Shown in pieces: positions 18,029-29,485 of a stretch of 64,000 nucleotides of DNA. Source of the DNA: Prochlorococcus sp. AG-402-K22. Lineage in GTDB: Bacteria; Cyanobacteriota; Cyanobacteriia; PCC-6307; Cyanobiaceae. The stretch covers positions 10,190-74,189 of the forward strand of contig QCIJ01000007.1 of NCBI GenBank assembly GCA_003216755.1, written 5' to 3'. The notes under the pieces are model-generated. The model was not told the origin of the DNA. It worked only from the letters and a program-made list of their open reading frames with translations, and ran no database searches. The translations under genes were made by a program, and so were the position numbers. Positions within the stretch are counted from its first letter, which is position 1. Each line of letters begins with the position of its first letter.

Positions 18029-19498
18029 ATGATCAAACTTTTTAATACTTTAAGCAAAAGAGTGGAGGCTTTTAAACCTATTGATGATGTAGTAAAAATT
18101 TATTGTTGTGGAGTAACTGTTTATGATTTATGTCATCTTGGTCATGCCAGAAGTTATATAGCTTGGGATGTATTGAGAAGATTTTTAATTTACAGTGATT
18201 TCAAAGTGAAGTATGTTCAAAATTTTACAGATATTGATGACAAGATCCTAAAAAGAGCGAAAGAAGAAAGCAGTTCAATGAAGGAATTATCTGAAAAGAA
18301 TATTATTGAATTTCATAAAGATATGGATTCTTTAGGGATAATGCGTCCGGACAGTATGCCAAGAGCAACGAATCATATATGCAATATCTGCTCATTCATA
18401 ACAATCCTTGAGGACAAAGGTTTTGCATACTCTAGAGATGGAGATGTTTATTATTCTGTTTTTAAAAATAAAAATTATGGAAAGCTAAGTAATCAAAATA
18501 TACAAGAACAAAATATTAATCAGCAAGGAAGAATGGCTAATGAGGAAAATAGTAAAAAACTAAATCCGCAAGATTTTGCACTATGGAAAAAAGCCAAAGA
18601 TGATGAACCGTTTTTTGATTCGCCATGGGGTAAAGGTAGGCCAGGATGGCATATTGAATGTTCGGCGATGGTTAAAGATGAATTAGGAGATACTATTGAT
18701 ATCCATTTAGGTGGTTCTGATTTGATTTTTCCACATCATGAAAATGAAATCGCCCAATCAGAAGCAGCAAATGGCAAAAAGCTAGCGAACTATTGGTTAC
18801 ACAATGGGATGGTCAATGTTAATGGACAAAAGATGAGTAAATCTCTTAAAAATTTTAAAACTATCAGAGAGCTAATTAAGTCAGGCATAAGCCCTATGAC
18901 TTTGCGATATTTTGTTATGACTGTGAATTATAGAAAACCACTTGATTTTACTGAAGAAGCTTTAAGGAGTGCTTCAGAAGCTTGGAAAAATATTAATATA
19001 GCCCTTTCTTTCGTGGACCTTACAAAAGATGCTTTTAAATCTATTGATAAAAATGAATCTATCGAAGAAGAATATAAAGAGAAAATAAGTTTTGAATTAT
19101 CTCAAAAAAAGCTTAAATTTTCTGAGGCTCTGGGAAATGACCTTAATACAGCAGGTGCTATTGCAATTATTTACGATTTAGCGAAACCATTAAAAAACTT
19201 TTTAAACCAATTTCAAAGAGTTGAAGGTTTTAAAATAGACCTAAATGAAAAATTCTTTCTACTAGAGAATTTTAAAACCCTTGAAAAGTTGACTGAGGTG
19301 CTTGGTCTTAAAAAAGAGGTTTTAGTAAAAGAAAGTAGAATAACAGAAGAAGAAATATCATCGCTCATTAATGAAAGATTGAAAGCAAAAAAGGAAAAGA
19401 ATTATGCGAAGGCTGATGAAATCAGGAATTTATTAAAAGAAAAAGGTATTGAACTTATTGATCAATCAAAGGAAATAACAACATGGATAAGGGTCTAA
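18029..19498 (+). CDS. cysS: Cysteinyl-tRNA synthetase
   Basis: HLGH, GRPGWHIEC, KMSKS. Confidence 0.98.
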   Translation: MIKLFNTLSKRVEAFKPIDDVVKIYCCGVTVYDLCHLGHARSYIAWDVLRRFLIYSDFKVKYVQNFTDIDDKILKRAKEESSSMKELSEKNIIEFHKDMDSLGIMRPDSMPRATNHICNICSFITILEDKGFAYSRDGDVYYSVFKNKNYGKLSNQNIQEQNINQQGRMANEENSKKLNPQDFALWKKAKDDEPFFDSPWGKGRPGWHIECSAMVKDELGDTIDIHLGGSDLIFPHHENEIAQSEAANGKKLANYWLHNGMVNVNGQKMSKSLKNFKTIRELIKSGISPMTLRYFVMTVNYRKPLDFTEEALRSASEAWKNINIALSFVDLTKDAFKSIDKNESIEEEYKEKISFELSQKKLKFSEALGNDLNTAGAIAIIYDLAKPLKNFLNQFQRVEGFKIDLNEKFFLLENFKTLEKLTEVLGLKKEVLVKESRITEEEISSLINERLKAKKEKNYAKADEIRNLLKEKGIELIDQSKEITTWIRV

Positions 19499-19580
19499 AT
19501 TTTAAGAAAAAAACCAATTTGAAATTTTTGTTTTTTAAATACGCCTTTAAATGGGAAGATATTAGAAATATCAGAGAAAA

Positions 19581-20810
19581 TTGAAATACATTACTGTGCT
19601 CGGTTCTACTGGTTCAATAGGGACTCAAACCCTCGAAATAGCTAGTGAGCAGCCTGATAAGTTTAAAGCCGTAGCTCTTTCCGCAGGAAGAAATATTAAT
19701 TTATTAACTGAACAAGTTAAAACACATAAACCAGAGGTAGTTGCAATTGAAGATGAAAATCTTATAGAAGATTTAAAAGATAATATTAATAACTTAGCTT
19801 TGGATAATGCCACCTTAGTTTTGGGTGGAAAGAAGGGGATTAACGCAGTTGCAGCATGGGACAAGGCAGATACTGTGGTAACTGGGATAGTAGGCTGTGC
19901 AGGCTTAATTCCAACAATGTCAGCAATTAATGCGGGGAAAAATATTGCACTTGCTAACAAAGAAACTTTAATTGCGGCAGGGCCAATTGTTATTCCTGCA
20001 TTAAAGAAAAATAATAGTAGGCTTTTACCTGCTGATTCAGAACACTCTGCTATCTTTCAATGTTTACAAGGATTACCTAATTATGAAAATGCAGATTTTT
20101 CAACAGGAGAGATGCCTAAGGGTTTAAAAGCCATACATTTAACAGCTTCTGGTGGTGCTTTCAGAGATTGGGCCGTTGAGGATTTAAAGCATGTCACAGT
20201 GGAAGATGCGACTTCACATCCTAATTGGGATATGGGAAAAAAAATAACTGTAGATTCTGCAACTCTTATGAATAAAGGATTAGAAGTTATAGAAGCTCAT
20301 TATTTATTTGGTACCTCTTACGAAAATATCGAAATAGTTATCCACCCTCAAAGTATTATTCATTCAATGATTGAGATGGAGGATTCTTCAGTGTTGGCTC
20401 AATTAGGTTGGCCAGATATGAAGCTACCTATTTTATATGCGATGAGTTGGCCTGAAAGATTTAAAACAAATTGGAAAAGATTAAACCTAAGTGAAATTGG
20501 AAAATTAACTTTTAAAGAGCCAGACGAGTTTAAATATCCATGTATGGGACTTGCCTATGCCGCAGGAAAATCTTCTGGAACTATGCCTGCAGTCTTAAAT
20601 GCTGCTAATGAAATGGCTGTTGAACAATTCCTAAAAGAAAAAATTTCTTTTCAAGAAATTCCAATATTTATAAGTAAAGCTTGTGAATCACATATGGAGA
20701 ATTTGAATTTGAGTCCAGAATTAGAAGATATTCTTGAAGTAGACAATTGGGCCAGACTTTTTGTTAAGCAAGAAATTAAAAAAGGGAAAAAATACGTAAG
20801 TATTGGATAA
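19581..20810 (+). CDS. dxr: 1-deoxy-D-xylulose-5-phosphate reductoisomerase
   Basis: [28 protein letters not shown]. Confidence 0.98.
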   Translation: MKYITVLGSTGSIGTQTLEIASEQPDKFKAVALSAGRNINLLTEQVKTHKPEVVAIEDENLIEDLKDNINNLALDNATLVLGGKKGINAVAAWDKADTVVTGIVGCAGLIPTMSAINAGKNIALANKETLIAAGPIVIPALKKNNSRLLPADSEHSAIFQCLQGLPNYENADFSTGEMPKGLKAIHLTASGGAFRDWAVEDLKHVTVEDATSHPNWDMGKKITVDSATLMNKGLEVIEAHYLFGTSYENIEIVIHPQSIIHSMIEMEDSSVLAQLGWPDMKLPILYAMSWPERFKTNWKRLNLSEIGKLTFKEPDEFKYPCMGLAYAAGKSSGTMPAVLNAANEMAVEQFLKEKISFQEIPIFISKACESHMENLNLSPELEDILEVDNWARLFVKQEIKKGKKYVSIG

Positions 20811-20812
20811 AA

Positions 20813-21157
20813 GTGAATATTAAAAAGCATCTTCTACTGTGCGCAACACCTACAAAACAGAAATGCTTTAAAGGTAATGAAGGCCAAAAAACATGGGAAT
20901 GTCTGAAAAAGACTTTAAAAAATTTTGAGAATGATCCCTCTACAAAAAACGTTTATATATTAAGATCAAAAGCGGACTGTTTAAGGATATGTAAGAACGG
21001 CCCAATTCTTCTTGTTTGGCCTGATGGTATTTGGTACGAGAAAGTTTCTCCAGAAAAAATTTCAGAAATTTTTACCTCACATATTATTAACGGTAAGCCA
21101 ATAGAAAAATGGATTTTTAAAAAAACACCATTTTTAAATAGTCCTAGATATTCATAA
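20813..21157 (+). CDS. Thioredoxin-like [2Fe-2S] ferredoxin
   Basis: HLLLC..C..ADCLRICKNGP..VWPDGIWY. Confidence 0.85.
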   Translation: MNIKKHLLLCATPTKQKCFKGNEGQKTWECLKKTLKNFENDPSTKNVYILRSKADCLRICKNGPILLVWPDGIWYEKVSPEKISEIFTSHIINGKPIEKWIFKKTPFLNSPRYS

Positions 21158-22232
21158 ACCAGTTCTTTACGACTTCGTCTGACCAGCAGCCATTAATCGA
21201 GTGAAAACCATTATGACCTCCTTTTTCAGTTATAAAAATAGTAAATTTATCAATAGATTCTTTTCTTAAATTCAAAGTATCCTTATATGGAACCCAAGGA
21301 TCATCCTTGGAATGAATAAAAAGTATTGGAGGTAATTTTTTTATTGAGTTTTGGATTCTAAATATTGGAGAAGCTTTAACATAATAATCTTCTAAAGAAT
21401 TAAATCCCCAACTAGGAGCTGTAAATTTCTGATCAAATTCCCTTATACTTTTTAAACTTCTAATTTTTTTTCTTAATTTATCGTTATTAAGAATTTTGCC
21501 TTCATCATTAAATCCGTCCCATAACTGATTTTTTAAGCGGTGAAGTAACCATTTTTGGTAGATATAATTTCTAGATTTTTCAATACAGAGACTGCATGAT
21601 GATAAATCTAAAGGGCTACTCACGCAGGCTAGGCCATCTAAAAGTTTTTCTCCTTTGTTTTCATCGTAATCTAAGCAGGCATTTAAAAGAATTGTTCCGC
21701 CTAAAGATAATCCAACTCCGTAAATTGGAAAATTATTATTCCACTTAATAAGATGTTTGAATTCTAAATTAATTAATTTTTTAAAATAATTAATTGCTGA
21801 AATAACATCACTGGAACATCTCGCACAATAATTTCCTTTAGCTAAATATCTCGCAGATCCAGATCCTCTTAGATTTAATTTAAGAACTCCAAAACCATTA
21901 TTTGCTAATTTCCTGGAGATTCTTCTTAAACCAAACCGTTTAGTTGATCCCCCTAACCCATGCGTAACGATAACAAAACCCCTTATAGAGCTTAAGTTCT
22001 CAGGTAATTCTAAAAATCCCAGAAGATAATCACATTCAAATTTTTCAGAAAGAATTTTATTAATCGGAAAGAATATTTTTTTATTTTTTTTTGATTTACC
22101 AAAATCAATTACAAAAGTATCTCTCAAAGTTTGTAAGTCGCCACCAATCCAAGGGAAGACTTCTCGAAATGGCTTGTTTTTTAAGTAATCTGAAAAACTT
22201 AAATATATACTATTATTTCTCCCCAACTCCAA
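21144..22232 (-). CDS. YheT-family alpha/beta hydrolase
   Basis: HGLGGS, GLSLGG, SKDDPWVP, GGHNGF. Confidence 0.9.
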   Translation of the reverse strand: MELGRNNSIYLSFSDYLKNKPFREVFPWIGGDLQTLRDTFVIDFGKSKKNKKIFFPINKILSEKFECDYLLGFLELPENLSSIRGFVIVTHGLGGSTKRFGLRRISRKLANNGFGVLKLNLRGSGSARYLAKGNYCARCSSDVISAINYFKKLINLEFKHLIKWNNNFPIYGVGLSLGGTILLNACLDYDENKGEKLLDGLACVSSPLDLSSCSLCIEKSRNYIYQKWLLHRLKNQLWDGFNDEGKILNNDKLRKKIRSLKSIREFDQKFTAPSWGFNSLEDYYVKASPIFRIQNSIKKLPPILFIHSKDDPWVPYKDTLNLRKESIDKFTIFITEKGGHNGFHSINGCWSDEVVKNWFMNI

Positions 22233-23652
22233 GATCCTTTAATTCTCCAATCAGATCATTCAATACCTTTTTTGCATCACCAAATACCATAGAGGTATTT
22301 GGTAGATCAAATAAATCATTTTTTATTCCTGAATAACCAGCACTCATACCTCGTTTAATAACAAATACCGTTCTTGCTTCCTGCACATCAAGAACAGGCA
22401 TGCCATATAAAGGAGAAGAGCTGTCATTTTTAGCTTGAGGATTAACCACATCATTTGCTCCTAAAACTAAAACAACATCCGTTGCTGGAAAATCAGGATT
22501 TACTACGTCCATCTCTTTAAGTTGTTCGTAAGGAACATCTGCTTCTGCTAAAAGTACATTCATATGTCCAGGCATCCTCCCCGCTACAGGATGTATTGCA
22601 TAAACAACTTCAATACCATTTTGTTCTAGTTTTTTTGTCACTTCCCGTAAAGTATGTTGAGCCTGAGCTACCGCGAGACCATAACCAGGGACGATTATTA
22701 CCTTGTTTGCTGCTTCTAAAGTCAATGCACATTCTTCAACACTGCAAGAAGTTATATTTGTATATTCTCCTGATCCAGAAGAGGCCTTATTTTGCGCAGA
22801 CAAAGATCCTCCAAAAAGAACTGAGACCAAAGATCTATTCATACCCTTACACATTACTTGAGTAAGTATTAGACCTGCTGCTCCAACCATTGCACCTGCT
22901 ACTATCAAAAGCTGACTGTCTACAACAAAACCTGCAGCTGCTGCTGCAATCCCTGAATAGCTATTTAATAAAGATATAACAACTGGCATATCAGCTCCAC
23001 CTATTGGCAAAGTAACTCCTATACCTAATAAAGAAGAAACTATAACTAAAAGCCAAATAGAACTTGAATTACCGTTTATTAAATCAAAAAAGGCTATCAA
23101 GGAAGCAACTCCAAAAACAATATTTACAAAATGCCTAACTTTGCTCTGAGTCCATCCCGGAGTTGACAGCCAACCCTGTAACTTTGCCATTGCAACAATC
23201 GAACCAGTGAAAGTTATGGCACCTACAAATATAGAAACAGATATAGAAACCTCGTTAATCAGTGACTTAAAAAAATCAAGATTTTCTAAACTATTAGAAA
23301 TTGGGAAAATAGCTACTCCTAAAGCTACTAAAAGTGATGACATTCCTCCGCAACCATTGAACAATGCAACTGTCTCAGGCATGGAGGTCATTGGTACTTT
23401 TTTTGCAAGTATTGCTCCGAACAAACTTCCAACGATTGATCCAATTATTATCCAAATCCAAGACTGAATAGGAATTCCAGATGTACCCAAATAATAAGAA
23501 AGTAATCCTACTACCGATAGCGACATTGCAAAAGCAGCTAATCTATTGGCATCCCTTGCTGATTTTACTTTTGACAATCCTTTTATTCCCAAAGCCAGTA
23601 AAAGTACAGCTAGAAGGTCAATAACGAATTTAATAATTACTGGTAGATTCAT
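22213..23652 (-). CDS. pntB: NAD(P) transhydrogenase beta subunit
   Basis: GGADMPVVIS, HPVAGRMPGHMNVLLAEA. Confidence 0.97.
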   Translation of the reverse strand: MNLPVIIKFVIDLLAVLLLALGIKGLSKVKSARDANRLAAFAMSLSVVGLLSYYLGTSGIPIQSWIWIIIGSIVGSLFGAILAKKVPMTSMPETVALFNGCGGMSSLLVALGVAIFPISNSLENLDFFKSLINEVSISVSIFVGAITFTGSIVAMAKLQGWLSTPGWTQSKVRHFVNIVFGVASLIAFFDLINGNSSSIWLLVIVSSLLGIGVTLPIGGADMPVVISLLNSYSGIAAAAAGFVVDSQLLIVAGAMVGAAGLILTQVMCKGMNRSLVSVLFGGSLSAQNKASSGSGEYTNITSCSVEECALTLEAANKVIIVPGYGLAVAQAQHTLREVTKKLEQNGIEVVYAIHPVAGRMPGHMNVLLAEADVPYEQLKEMDVVNPDFPATDVVLVLGANDVVNPQAKNDSSSPLYGMPVLDVQEARTVFVIKRGMSAGYSGIKNDLFDLPNTSMVFGDAKKVLNDLIGELKDLGVGEK

Positions 23653-23659
23653 TTTAAAA

Positions 23660-23953
23660 TTATTTCTTATTTGATGGTTTACGACTAAACATCGCGAGCA
23701 TTCGATCAGTTACAAAGAAACCTCCTACAACGTTGAAAAGAGCAAATCCCAGTGAAACTGAACCAATAATTAAAAGTGGCAGATTTTCTCCTGCTTTTAC
23801 AATTAAAGTCAATGCTGCCAGCATTGTTATTCCTGAAATTGCATTTGCTCCACTCATCAGAGGTGTGTGAAGAGTAGGAGGAACTTTTCCAATTAACTCG
23901 AGGCCCAATAAACTCCCAAGTAAAAGAACCCAAAGAAGACTTATAAAAGACAT
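23660..23953 (-). CDS. pntA2: NAD(P) transhydrogenase alpha subunit, membrane part
   Basis: LHTPLMSGANAISG, GGFFVTDRML. Confidence 0.95.
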   Translation of the reverse strand: MSFISLLWVLLLGSLLGLELIGKVPPTLHTPLMSGANAISGITMLAALTLIVKAGENLPLLIIGSVSLGFALFNVVGGFFVTDRMLAMFSRKPSNKK

Positions 23954-23965
23954 AATCTTAAAACC

Positions 23966-25096
23966 TCAATTTTCAAAAACTTTATTTTGAAGAACAACTC
24001 CTTCATCGCTTAATAAACATCCAGAAATGAGTTCATCCTCCTTATCTAATTTAATTACACCATCTTTTATAAATGGTGTAATCAAAGATGTTAAGTTCTT
24101 AGCATAAAGTGAACTTGCATCATAAGGAACTGATGAGGGTAATTCGCCCGCTCCTATAAGTTTTACCCCATCTTTGATAATAGTTTCATTAGATTTTGTT
24201 CCTTCACAATTACCTCCCTGAGAAACTGCCAAATCAATCACTACTGCACCAGGCCTCATTTTTTCAATCATGGGAGAATCTATTAAAACAGGAGCCTTTT
24301 TACCTAGAACTTGCGCAGTACATATAGCAACATCAGCTTCAGATAAATATTTAGTTAAAGTAGCCTTCTGTTTTGAAAGGAATTCGGCTGTGACAGCTTT
24401 TGCATAACCTCCAGCCTCTCCTGGTTTTTCATCAACTTCAGGAAGTTCTATAAATCTTGCGCCTAGGGACTCTACTTGTTCTTTAACAGCAGGTCTAATA
24501 TCAGATACAAATACTATTGCACCAAGTCTTTTTGCTGTGGCAACTGCCTGCAATCCTGCAACTCCTCCACCAAGAACAACGACTTTAGCAGGTTGGACTG
24601 TGCCTGCTGCAGTCATAAGCATTGGGAAATATCTATCTAACTCACTTGCTGCTAAAAGAACTGCTTTATATCCAGCGATATTGGCCTGTGAAGAAAGAAC
24701 ATCTGATGATTGAGCTCTACTAATCCTCGGAAGCAACTCTAGTGATAAAGCTGAAATCTTTTTACTATTAATAATCCTTAGAAGCTCTTTATTACCGTAT
24801 GGATTAAGAAGACCAAGAAGAATAGCTCCTTTCTTTAATTTAGTTAAATTTTCCTCTGATGGGGTTTGAACACAAAATATTAAGTCAGCTTCAGCCCAAA
24901 TTTTTTGGTCTAAGTTATTTATTATTGTTCCGCCCGATTTTTCATATGATAAGTCACTAAATCCTGATAATTTTCCTGCTGAACTTTCAATATAAACATC
25001 ACAACCAAGGCTTTTTAATTTCTTTACCGCTTCTGGTGTAGCTGAAACTCTCCTTTCACCAGAGCTTGTTTCGGAAGGAATAAGTATCTTTGTCAA
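23966..25096 (-). CDS. pntA: NAD(P) transhydrogenase alpha subunit, soluble part
   Basis: ERRVSATP, PRISRAQSSDVLSS, GGGVAGL. Confidence 0.96.
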   Translation of the reverse strand: MTKILIPSETSSGERRVSATPEAVKKLKSLGCDVYIESSAGKLSGFSDLSYEKSGGTIINNLDQKIWAEADLIFCVQTPSEENLTKLKKGAILLGLLNPYGNKELLRIINSKKISALSLELLPRISRAQSSDVLSSQANIAGYKAVLLAASELDRYFPMLMTAAGTVQPAKVVVLGGGVAGLQAVATAKRLGAIVFVSDIRPAVKEQVESLGARFIELPEVDEKPGEAGGYAKAVTAEFLSKQKATLTKYLSEADVAICTAQVLGKKAPVLIDSPMIEKMRPGAVVIDLAVSQGGNCEGTKSNETIIKDGVKLIGAGELPSSVPYDASSLYAKNLTSLITPFIKDGVIKLDKEDELISGCLLSDEGVVLQNKVFEN

Positions 25097-25223
25097 TTTA
25101 TTTATTTTTTTAACATACTAAATATAAATTGAAGAAAGTCAAAAGTCTTGGATTTTTGTTAAAAATATATTTTCTTTTCTATAAAAAATAGCTATGTAGA
25201 ATATATAGGTACTAAACAATCCA

Positions 25224-25802
25224 ATGAGTATAAAAGCAATCGAATGTCCTGATGGAGTATGTCACAGTCATCATGGTGGTCATGCTGTTCCAAGACAAGC
25301 TATGCAGAAAAATCTAGAAAAGCATGGTAAAGACTGGTGCGAGAAATTAGCAGAGAGAATTTATGAAATGTCAGTTGATACTTATTCACAGACAGTCATG
25401 CCCAGTCTCCACTCGGCAGGTTGGCAAAGAAGACATTTAGATTGGGAATTTAAGCTTGCAGAAAATGATTCTGAACCTGATGAAGCTCTTGTTGAAGGAA
25501 TTATTAATGCCACCGAAAGCTTTTTAAGGAGTAGTGAGGTGCATCGATTATTTATTCAGGAATTAGTCCAAGGCACATTTGAGGAAGCAAATGACAAAAA
25601 AATAATTTCTAAAGCAATAAAATCTATCATTGAAGAAGAAATTGTTAGTTCATTAAGAGAAAAGAAAGAAACTCTTTTAAAGAAAATATCTGCAAAATTA
25701 ATATCAGAAGAAAAAGTTAGCGAGGAACTTGCAATAAATTCCGCTAAAGAGGGTTTTGAGGAAGTGGAAAGGCTACTTGCTAATCATAGCGAGGCAGTTT
25801 AA
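25224..25802 (+). CDS. Conserved hypothetical protein with His/Cys-rich N-terminus
   Basis: 192-aa ORF starting IECPDGVCHSHHGGH. Confidence 0.8.
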   Translation: MSIKAIECPDGVCHSHHGGHAVPRQAMQKNLEKHGKDWCEKLAERIYEMSVDTYSQTVMPSLHSAGWQRRHLDWEFKLAENDSEPDEALVEGIINATESFLRSSEVHRLFIQELVQGTFEEANDKKIISKAIKSIIEEEIVSSLREKKETLLKKISAKLISEEKVSEELAINSAKEGFEEVERLLANHSEAV

Positions 25803-25956
25803 CTTTATTTCTTTATATTTTCTTTATATTTCCCTCAAAAATTGGCTCAAATATAAATTAAAGATTAAATTATTGTTTGGAAGTACAAAGTTGTAACTTA
25901 TTAGACAATGCGTATACCTTTTTTTGTGTTTATCTATATACAACTTAAAACTTTCA

Positions 25957-26181
25957 ATGGACAATTTCATTAGAAAAAGGATCGACATAGCGACCTGTTG
26001 GGCTACAAACAGAATTTCTGCAATGGACACTTTAGAAAGGTATGAAGACAGTTATGCAATAGCAGAAGAATTTAGAGAGTGGATATTACATATTGGAGAA
26101 AAGAACGAAAATTTAAAAGATTCTGTTTTAAACCTCCCAAAGGAATTAAAAGAGTTATTAGACCAAAAAGTCAACGATTGA
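25957..26181 (+). CDS. Small hypothetical protein
   Basis: ORF-track frame 25924..26181; ATG at 25957 (MDNFIRKRID) is the more likely start. Confidence 0.7.
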   Translation: MDNFIRKRIDIATCWATNRISAMDTLERYEDSYAIAEEFREWILHIGEKNENLKDSVLNLPKELKELLDQKVND

Positions 26182-26260
26182 GTAATAAATCTATCTAGTG
26201 AAATCCGCCCTACATTATTTGGGTTGGTTTATTATTATAAAAAGTGAAATTAGCAAATAA

Positions 26261-27637
26261 ATGGAAAATAAAGAGAAGATTTCAAATGTAGAGAATGTTG
26301 TAATTATAGGCTCGGGACCTGCAGGTTACACTGCTGCAATATATGCCGCACGAGCAAATCTTCAACCATTACTTGTAACAGGATTTAATTCTGGTGGAAT
26401 TCCTGGTGGGCAATTAATGACTACAACATTTGTTGAAAATTATCCAGGTTTCCCAGATGGAGTACTTGGTCCTGAATTGATGGATCTAATGAAGGCTCAA
26501 GCAGAAAGATGGGGCACTAATTTATACGAAAGTGATGTGGTCTCAATTAATACCGATTCACGTCCCTTTGAATTAAAAACTTTAGAAGGAACTATAAAAT
26601 CTAACTCAATTATTATTGCAACTGGAGCAAGTGCAAATAGATTAGGCGTGATAAATGAAGATAAATTCTGGAGTAGAGGAATAAGTGCTTGTGCAATATG
26701 TGATGGAGCCACCCCACAATTTAGAGATGCAGAATTAGCCGTTATTGGAGGGGGCGACTCTGCATGTGAAGAAGCAGCATATCTCACAAAGTACGGAAGC
26801 AAAGTGCATTTGATTGTTCGATCAGAAAAATTAAGGGCTAGCGCAGCAATGGTTGATAGAGTAAAAGCTAATCCAAAGATAGAAATTCATTGGAATACAA
26901 AAGTTGATAAAGCGGATGGTTCTGACTGGCTTGAGAGAATAGAAACTATTCACTCTCAAGAAGGTAAAGGGGAAATCAATATAAAAGGTCTTTTTTACGC
27001 GATAGGGCACACGCCTAATACGAAGTTCTTAGGCAACAAAATTGATTTAGATAATAAAGGCTATATTGCCTGCAAATCAGGAAGGCCAGAAACATCTATT
27101 GAAGGCATCTTCGCAGCAGGTGATGTTGTAGATTCTGAGTGGAGACAAGGAGTTACCGCTGCAGGAACTGGATGCATGGCAGCATTAGCTACTGAAAGAT
27201 GGTTAGCCGAGAAAAACTTAGCAAAAATTATAGTCAGAGAAACTCCCGAACCAGAAAAAAAACTTAATTCATCAGATTTTAATGAAGAAGAAGTTAATGA
27301 AGATACTTTCGATTCAAATTCTGAATGGCAAAAAGGCAGTTATGCATTGAGGAAACTTTATCACGAGAGTAAAAAACCTATCTTAGTAATTTTTAGCTCC
27401 CCAAGCTGCGGCCCATGTCATGTTTTGAAACCTCAGTTAAAAAGAGTAATTAAAGAACTTGATGGTGCAGTTCTTGGCGTTGAAATAGATATTGATAAAG
27501 ATCAAGATATTGCAAAACAAGCTGGTATTAACGGCACACCAACAGTTCAACTTTTTAAAGAAAAATTATTAAAAAAGCAATGGCAAGGTGTTAAACAAAG
27601 AAGTGAGTTTAAAGAAGCGATAGAAAATATTATCTAA
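26261..27637 (+). CDS. trxB: Thioredoxin reductase fused to a C-terminal thioredoxin domain (NTRC-like)
   Basis: GSGPAG, CAIC, GGGDSA, C-terminal CGPC. Confidence 0.95.
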   Translation: MENKEKISNVENVVIIGSGPAGYTAAIYAARANLQPLLVTGFNSGGIPGGQLMTTTFVENYPGFPDGVLGPELMDLMKAQAERWGTNLYESDVVSINTDSRPFELKTLEGTIKSNSIIIATGASANRLGVINEDKFWSRGISACAICDGATPQFRDAELAVIGGGDSACEEAAYLTKYGSKVHLIVRSEKLRASAAMVDRVKANPKIEIHWNTKVDKADGSDWLERIETIHSQEGKGEINIKGLFYAIGHTPNTKFLGNKIDLDNKGYIACKSGRPETSIEGIFAAGDVVDSEWRQGVTAAGTGCMAALATERWLAEKNLAKIIVRETPEPEKKLNSSDFNEEEVNEDTFDSNSEWQKGSYALRKLYHESKKPILVIFSSPSCGPCHVLKPQLKRVIKELDGAVLGVEIDIDKDQDIAKQAGINGTPTVQLFKEKLLKKQWQGVKQRSEFKEAIENII

Positions 27638-27646
27638 AGTAACTTT

Positions 27647-27913
27647 TTATTTATTATTTCTCTTAGGGTTATTTTTATTAGTAGTAGGTCTAGCACCACC
27701 TGCATTTCTTTCTCTATAAGTTATCCTCCCTCTAGAAAGATCATAAGGACTTATCTCAACTAAAACTTTATCTCCAGCTAATAATTTAATTCTAAATTTA
27801 GTCAATTTACCTGCAGCTCTACATAAACATTGATGTCCTTCAGGCTGTTCTAAGGTAACCAAATAAAATCCATTGCCCTGCTCTTTTTCTATTACACCTG
27901 AAGTTTCAATCAT
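27647..27913 (-). CDS. infA: Translation initiation factor IF-1
   Basis: GDKVLVEISPYDLSRGRITYR. Confidence 0.96.
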   Translation of the reverse strand: MIETSGVIEKEQGNGFYLVTLEQPEGHQCLCRAAGKLTKFRIKLLAGDKVLVEISPYDLSRGRITYRERNAGGARPTTNKNNPKRNNK

Positions 27914-28006
27914 TAAATAATCTTTTTTCTAATTTCATATTATCAGAAAAAGATTGGCCAAAATTGATTTAAGAAAAATTACATCAGTAAAAATACTAAA
28001 TGCAAT

Positions 28007-28225
28007 TCAAATTAAAAATTTAATTTCATTTATTATTTGAAGTTGACCATAGTAAAAATTTGCTTTCGCAATTTTTTCAGAATCTTCTAATTGATCAAAA
28101 AAAACAAAACCAAGGCTTTCCCATAATGAAGATCCGCAAACATTATTCAATTCATTTTTTGCTTCTTTTGCAAAATTATCTAGTTTTCGTTCAAGATTTT
28201 TAGATTTAGAAACTGACATAAACAA
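28007..28225 (-). CDS. Small hypothetical protein
   Basis: 72-aa ORF co-oriented with both neighbours. Confidence 0.6.
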   Translation of the reverse strand: MFMSVSKSKNLERKLDNFAKEAKNELNNVCGSSLWESLGFVFFDQLEDSEKIAKANFYYGQLQIINEIKFLI

Positions 28226-28273
28226 AGATTTTCATGTAGTACAAATATACTACTTAAGTCGAGAATTGCAATA

Positions 28274-29236
28274 TTAAAAAGGTAATCTCTTTTTTTCTTC
28301 AATATTTAGATCTGCTTCCATTTCCCTTAATCTTTTAAGAATTTGTTGGTAGTACTCCTTTATATAACTCTCTAGCGAGGTCATATCTTCTTTTTTAAGT
28401 TCCAATATTTCGTAAGTTTTGCCCATGTCAGCATCTAATGATTCACCACTACTAGTTACTTCAGCAAAAGCCAATCTTTCAGCAACATTTAAAGAATCCT
28501 GAAAAAAGGAAACTACTTTTTGAGTGACGCTAATAAGGAAGGGGGAAACTCTAAAAATTTTCGCCTTTTTTTCACTAAATTTTTCACATAAAGATATAAC
28601 TTCGTTTGAATCCCATGCTTTGGGACCTACTAATGGCAATGATGTTCTGTGAGTTTTTGGATTATTTACTGCTGCTACCACAACTTTCGCCATATCTTGA
28701 GTATTCATATAAGCAATTTTAGTTGGAGTCCCACTCATCCATACTGCTTGACTATCCAAGATTGGGATAGCAAATTGACCAATAACCCCTTGCATAAAAG
28801 CTGCACATTTGAAAATTGTATAGTCTAAACCTGATTTTTCAAGAAGTTTTTCAGTGCAAAATTTAACATCCATTAGAGGAACATTTCTAAACTTTTCTGT
28901 TAAAAGAATTGAAAGGAATATTACCCTTTTTACATTTAAAGATTCACAAGCATTAAATAAGTTAAGTTTTCCATCCCAATCTATTTCATAAATACTTTTT
29001 GGATCATCTGGCCTGCTAGTTGCCGCATCAATCACTACTTCAATATCTTGCAATGCATATTCAATATCAGGAGAATTTAATAAATTACCTTTTGTTAGTT
29101 CACAACCCCACTCTTGTAGAAAGGAAGCTTTTCTTGGATTTCTTACAAAGCATCTAACTTCATGTCCATCTTCTATAGCTTGCTTTGCTATTTGTCTGCC
29201 AAGTGTCCCTGTTGCTCCTACTAAAAGAATCTTCAT
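28274..29236 (-). CDS. ycf39: Ycf39-like NAD(P)-binding SDR protein (PSII assembly)
   Basis: GATGTLGRQI, ASFLQEWG, NVAERLAFAEV. Confidence 0.85.
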   Translation of the reverse strand: MKILLVGATGTLGRQIAKQAIEDGHEVRCFVRNPRKASFLQEWGCELTKGNLLNSPDIEYALQDIEVVIDAATSRPDDPKSIYEIDWDGKLNLFNACESLNVKRVIFLSILLTEKFRNVPLMDVKFCTEKLLEKSGLDYTIFKCAAFMQGVIGQFAIPILDSQAVWMSGTPTKIAYMNTQDMAKVVVAAVNNPKTHRTSLPLVGPKAWDSNEVISLCEKFSEKKAKIFRVSPFLISVTQKVVSFFQDSLNVAERLAFAEVTSSGESLDADMGKTYEILELKKEDMTSLESYIKEYYQQILKRLREMEADLNIEEKKRLPF

Positions 29237-29293
29237 ATTTAAGATTTACTTAATCTGTAGACCATAACTCAAATTGTGATGTATTCGTGAGAA

Positions 29294-29392
29294 TCAATCT
29301 CCCTGAAACTTTAATAACAAAGCACCACCAACCAATCCAATTGGTATCAGTATCCAAAAAACTGCTGCAATACTAAAAATTTCTTTTGCCAT
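29294..29392 (-). CDS. petM: Cytochrome b6f subunit PetM
   Basis: Manual translation [32 protein letters not shown]. Confidence 0.92.
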
Positions 29393-29485
29393 AGTAAAAT
29401 TTAATGATTACTATAATTTACATTCAATATACATTTATTTGTTAAAAAAGTAGATAATGCAAATATCTTGAAAATTTTTAAATAA

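Noticed and set aside
26261-27637. Thioredoxin reductase-thioredoxin fusion
   Set aside because: NTRC-type fusions are established in cyanobacteria
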